Assembly: GCA_951406725.2 (NCBI GenBank)
Contig: OX597828.1
Span: forward strand, 49,910,001 to 49,974,000
Reading direction: 5' to 3'
DNA from: Octopus vulgaris
Taxonomy: Eukaryota
DNA: 64,000 nucleotides
Shown here one piece after another: positions 63,741 through 64,000 of this stretch; the first letter of the stretch is position 1; the number at the start of each line of letters is the position of its first letter. The position numbers and the translations under genes are program-made. The notes beneath the pieces are model-generated. The model had not been told where the DNA came from. It saw only the letters and a list, made by a program, of their open reading frames with translations, and made no database searches.

Positions 63741-64000
63741 AACAAACAAGATGAGGACAAATATCCGTCAAATGTAAATAATGTCTTTACATTCAAATGT
63801 CACCAAGGTCAACTTTGCCTTTCATCCTTTTGGGTTCGATAATACGAAGTACCTGACAAGTACTGGTGGTGGTGGTGGGGGGGGGGGTCAATGTAATTAA
63901 CTTACTCCCTCCCATCAAAAATTGCTGGCCTTGTTGTTGTTGTTGTTGTTGCTGCTGTTGTTTGGACATTGAGCTGGCAGAATCCTACCAAGGTTAACTT

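Larger units (their letters stand above)
63329..63784. mobile_element. tRNA-headed, hammerhead-containing short element with an inverted duplicate of its body, nested in an older SINE
   Basis: Minus-strand body at ~63331-63543. Plus-strand tRNA-like head at ~63548-63622 (A box TGGCGTAGTGG 63558-63568, B-box-like AGTTTGATTCC 63602-63612), then (AAT)n and body 63647-63784. Flanked by the direct repeat ctttacattc (63319-63328 and 63785-63794). Confidence 0.8.

Noticed and set aside
1-64000. Most ORFs in the supplied track (YIYI, HTHT, poly-H/M/I/W, HSQGFGRP and LDALPNANH types)
   Set aside because: They are translations of microsatellites and SINE families A-D, recurring at each repeat copy, with no domain signal.

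Overview
AT-rich, microsatellite- and SINE-dense animal genomic DNA. It is most consistent with an octopus (coleoid cephalopod) genome; this is an inference from repeat content. One host gene can be supported: a + strand Pur-alpha/PUR-family nucleic-acid-binding protein. Six GT-AG coding exons (27950-28056, 38763-38865, 51193-51311, 52292-52412, 52903-53006, 55810-55923) splice in frame to 222 residues covering all three PUR repeats. Its start exon was not found and is probably upstream of the window, and a long 3' UTR probably runs to about 62.3 kb. The rest is transposon debris: several SINE families, RTE and L2/CR1-like LINE fragments, mariner remnants, TTAA-flanked piggyBac-like MITEs and Penelope-like elements (PLEs). 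Almost all ORFs in the supplied track are repeat artefacts. Four observations stand out. (1) A young PLE (GIY-YIG fragment) has ~680-bp inverted arms, each carrying a type I hammerhead ribozyme motif. (2) A tRNA-headed short element has a PLE-type minimal hammerhead and PLE-style inverted duplication, making it a candidate Penelope-mobilised ribozyme SINE. (3) The Pur-alpha UAG stop and a second in-frame UAG both sit inside predicted RNA stems ahead of open 27- and 28-codon extensions, suggesting A-to-I stop recoding or readthrough. (4) The putative 3' UTR contains structured and repeated elements. All pairings and translations were done by eye; repeat boundaries are approximate unless a TSD is given.
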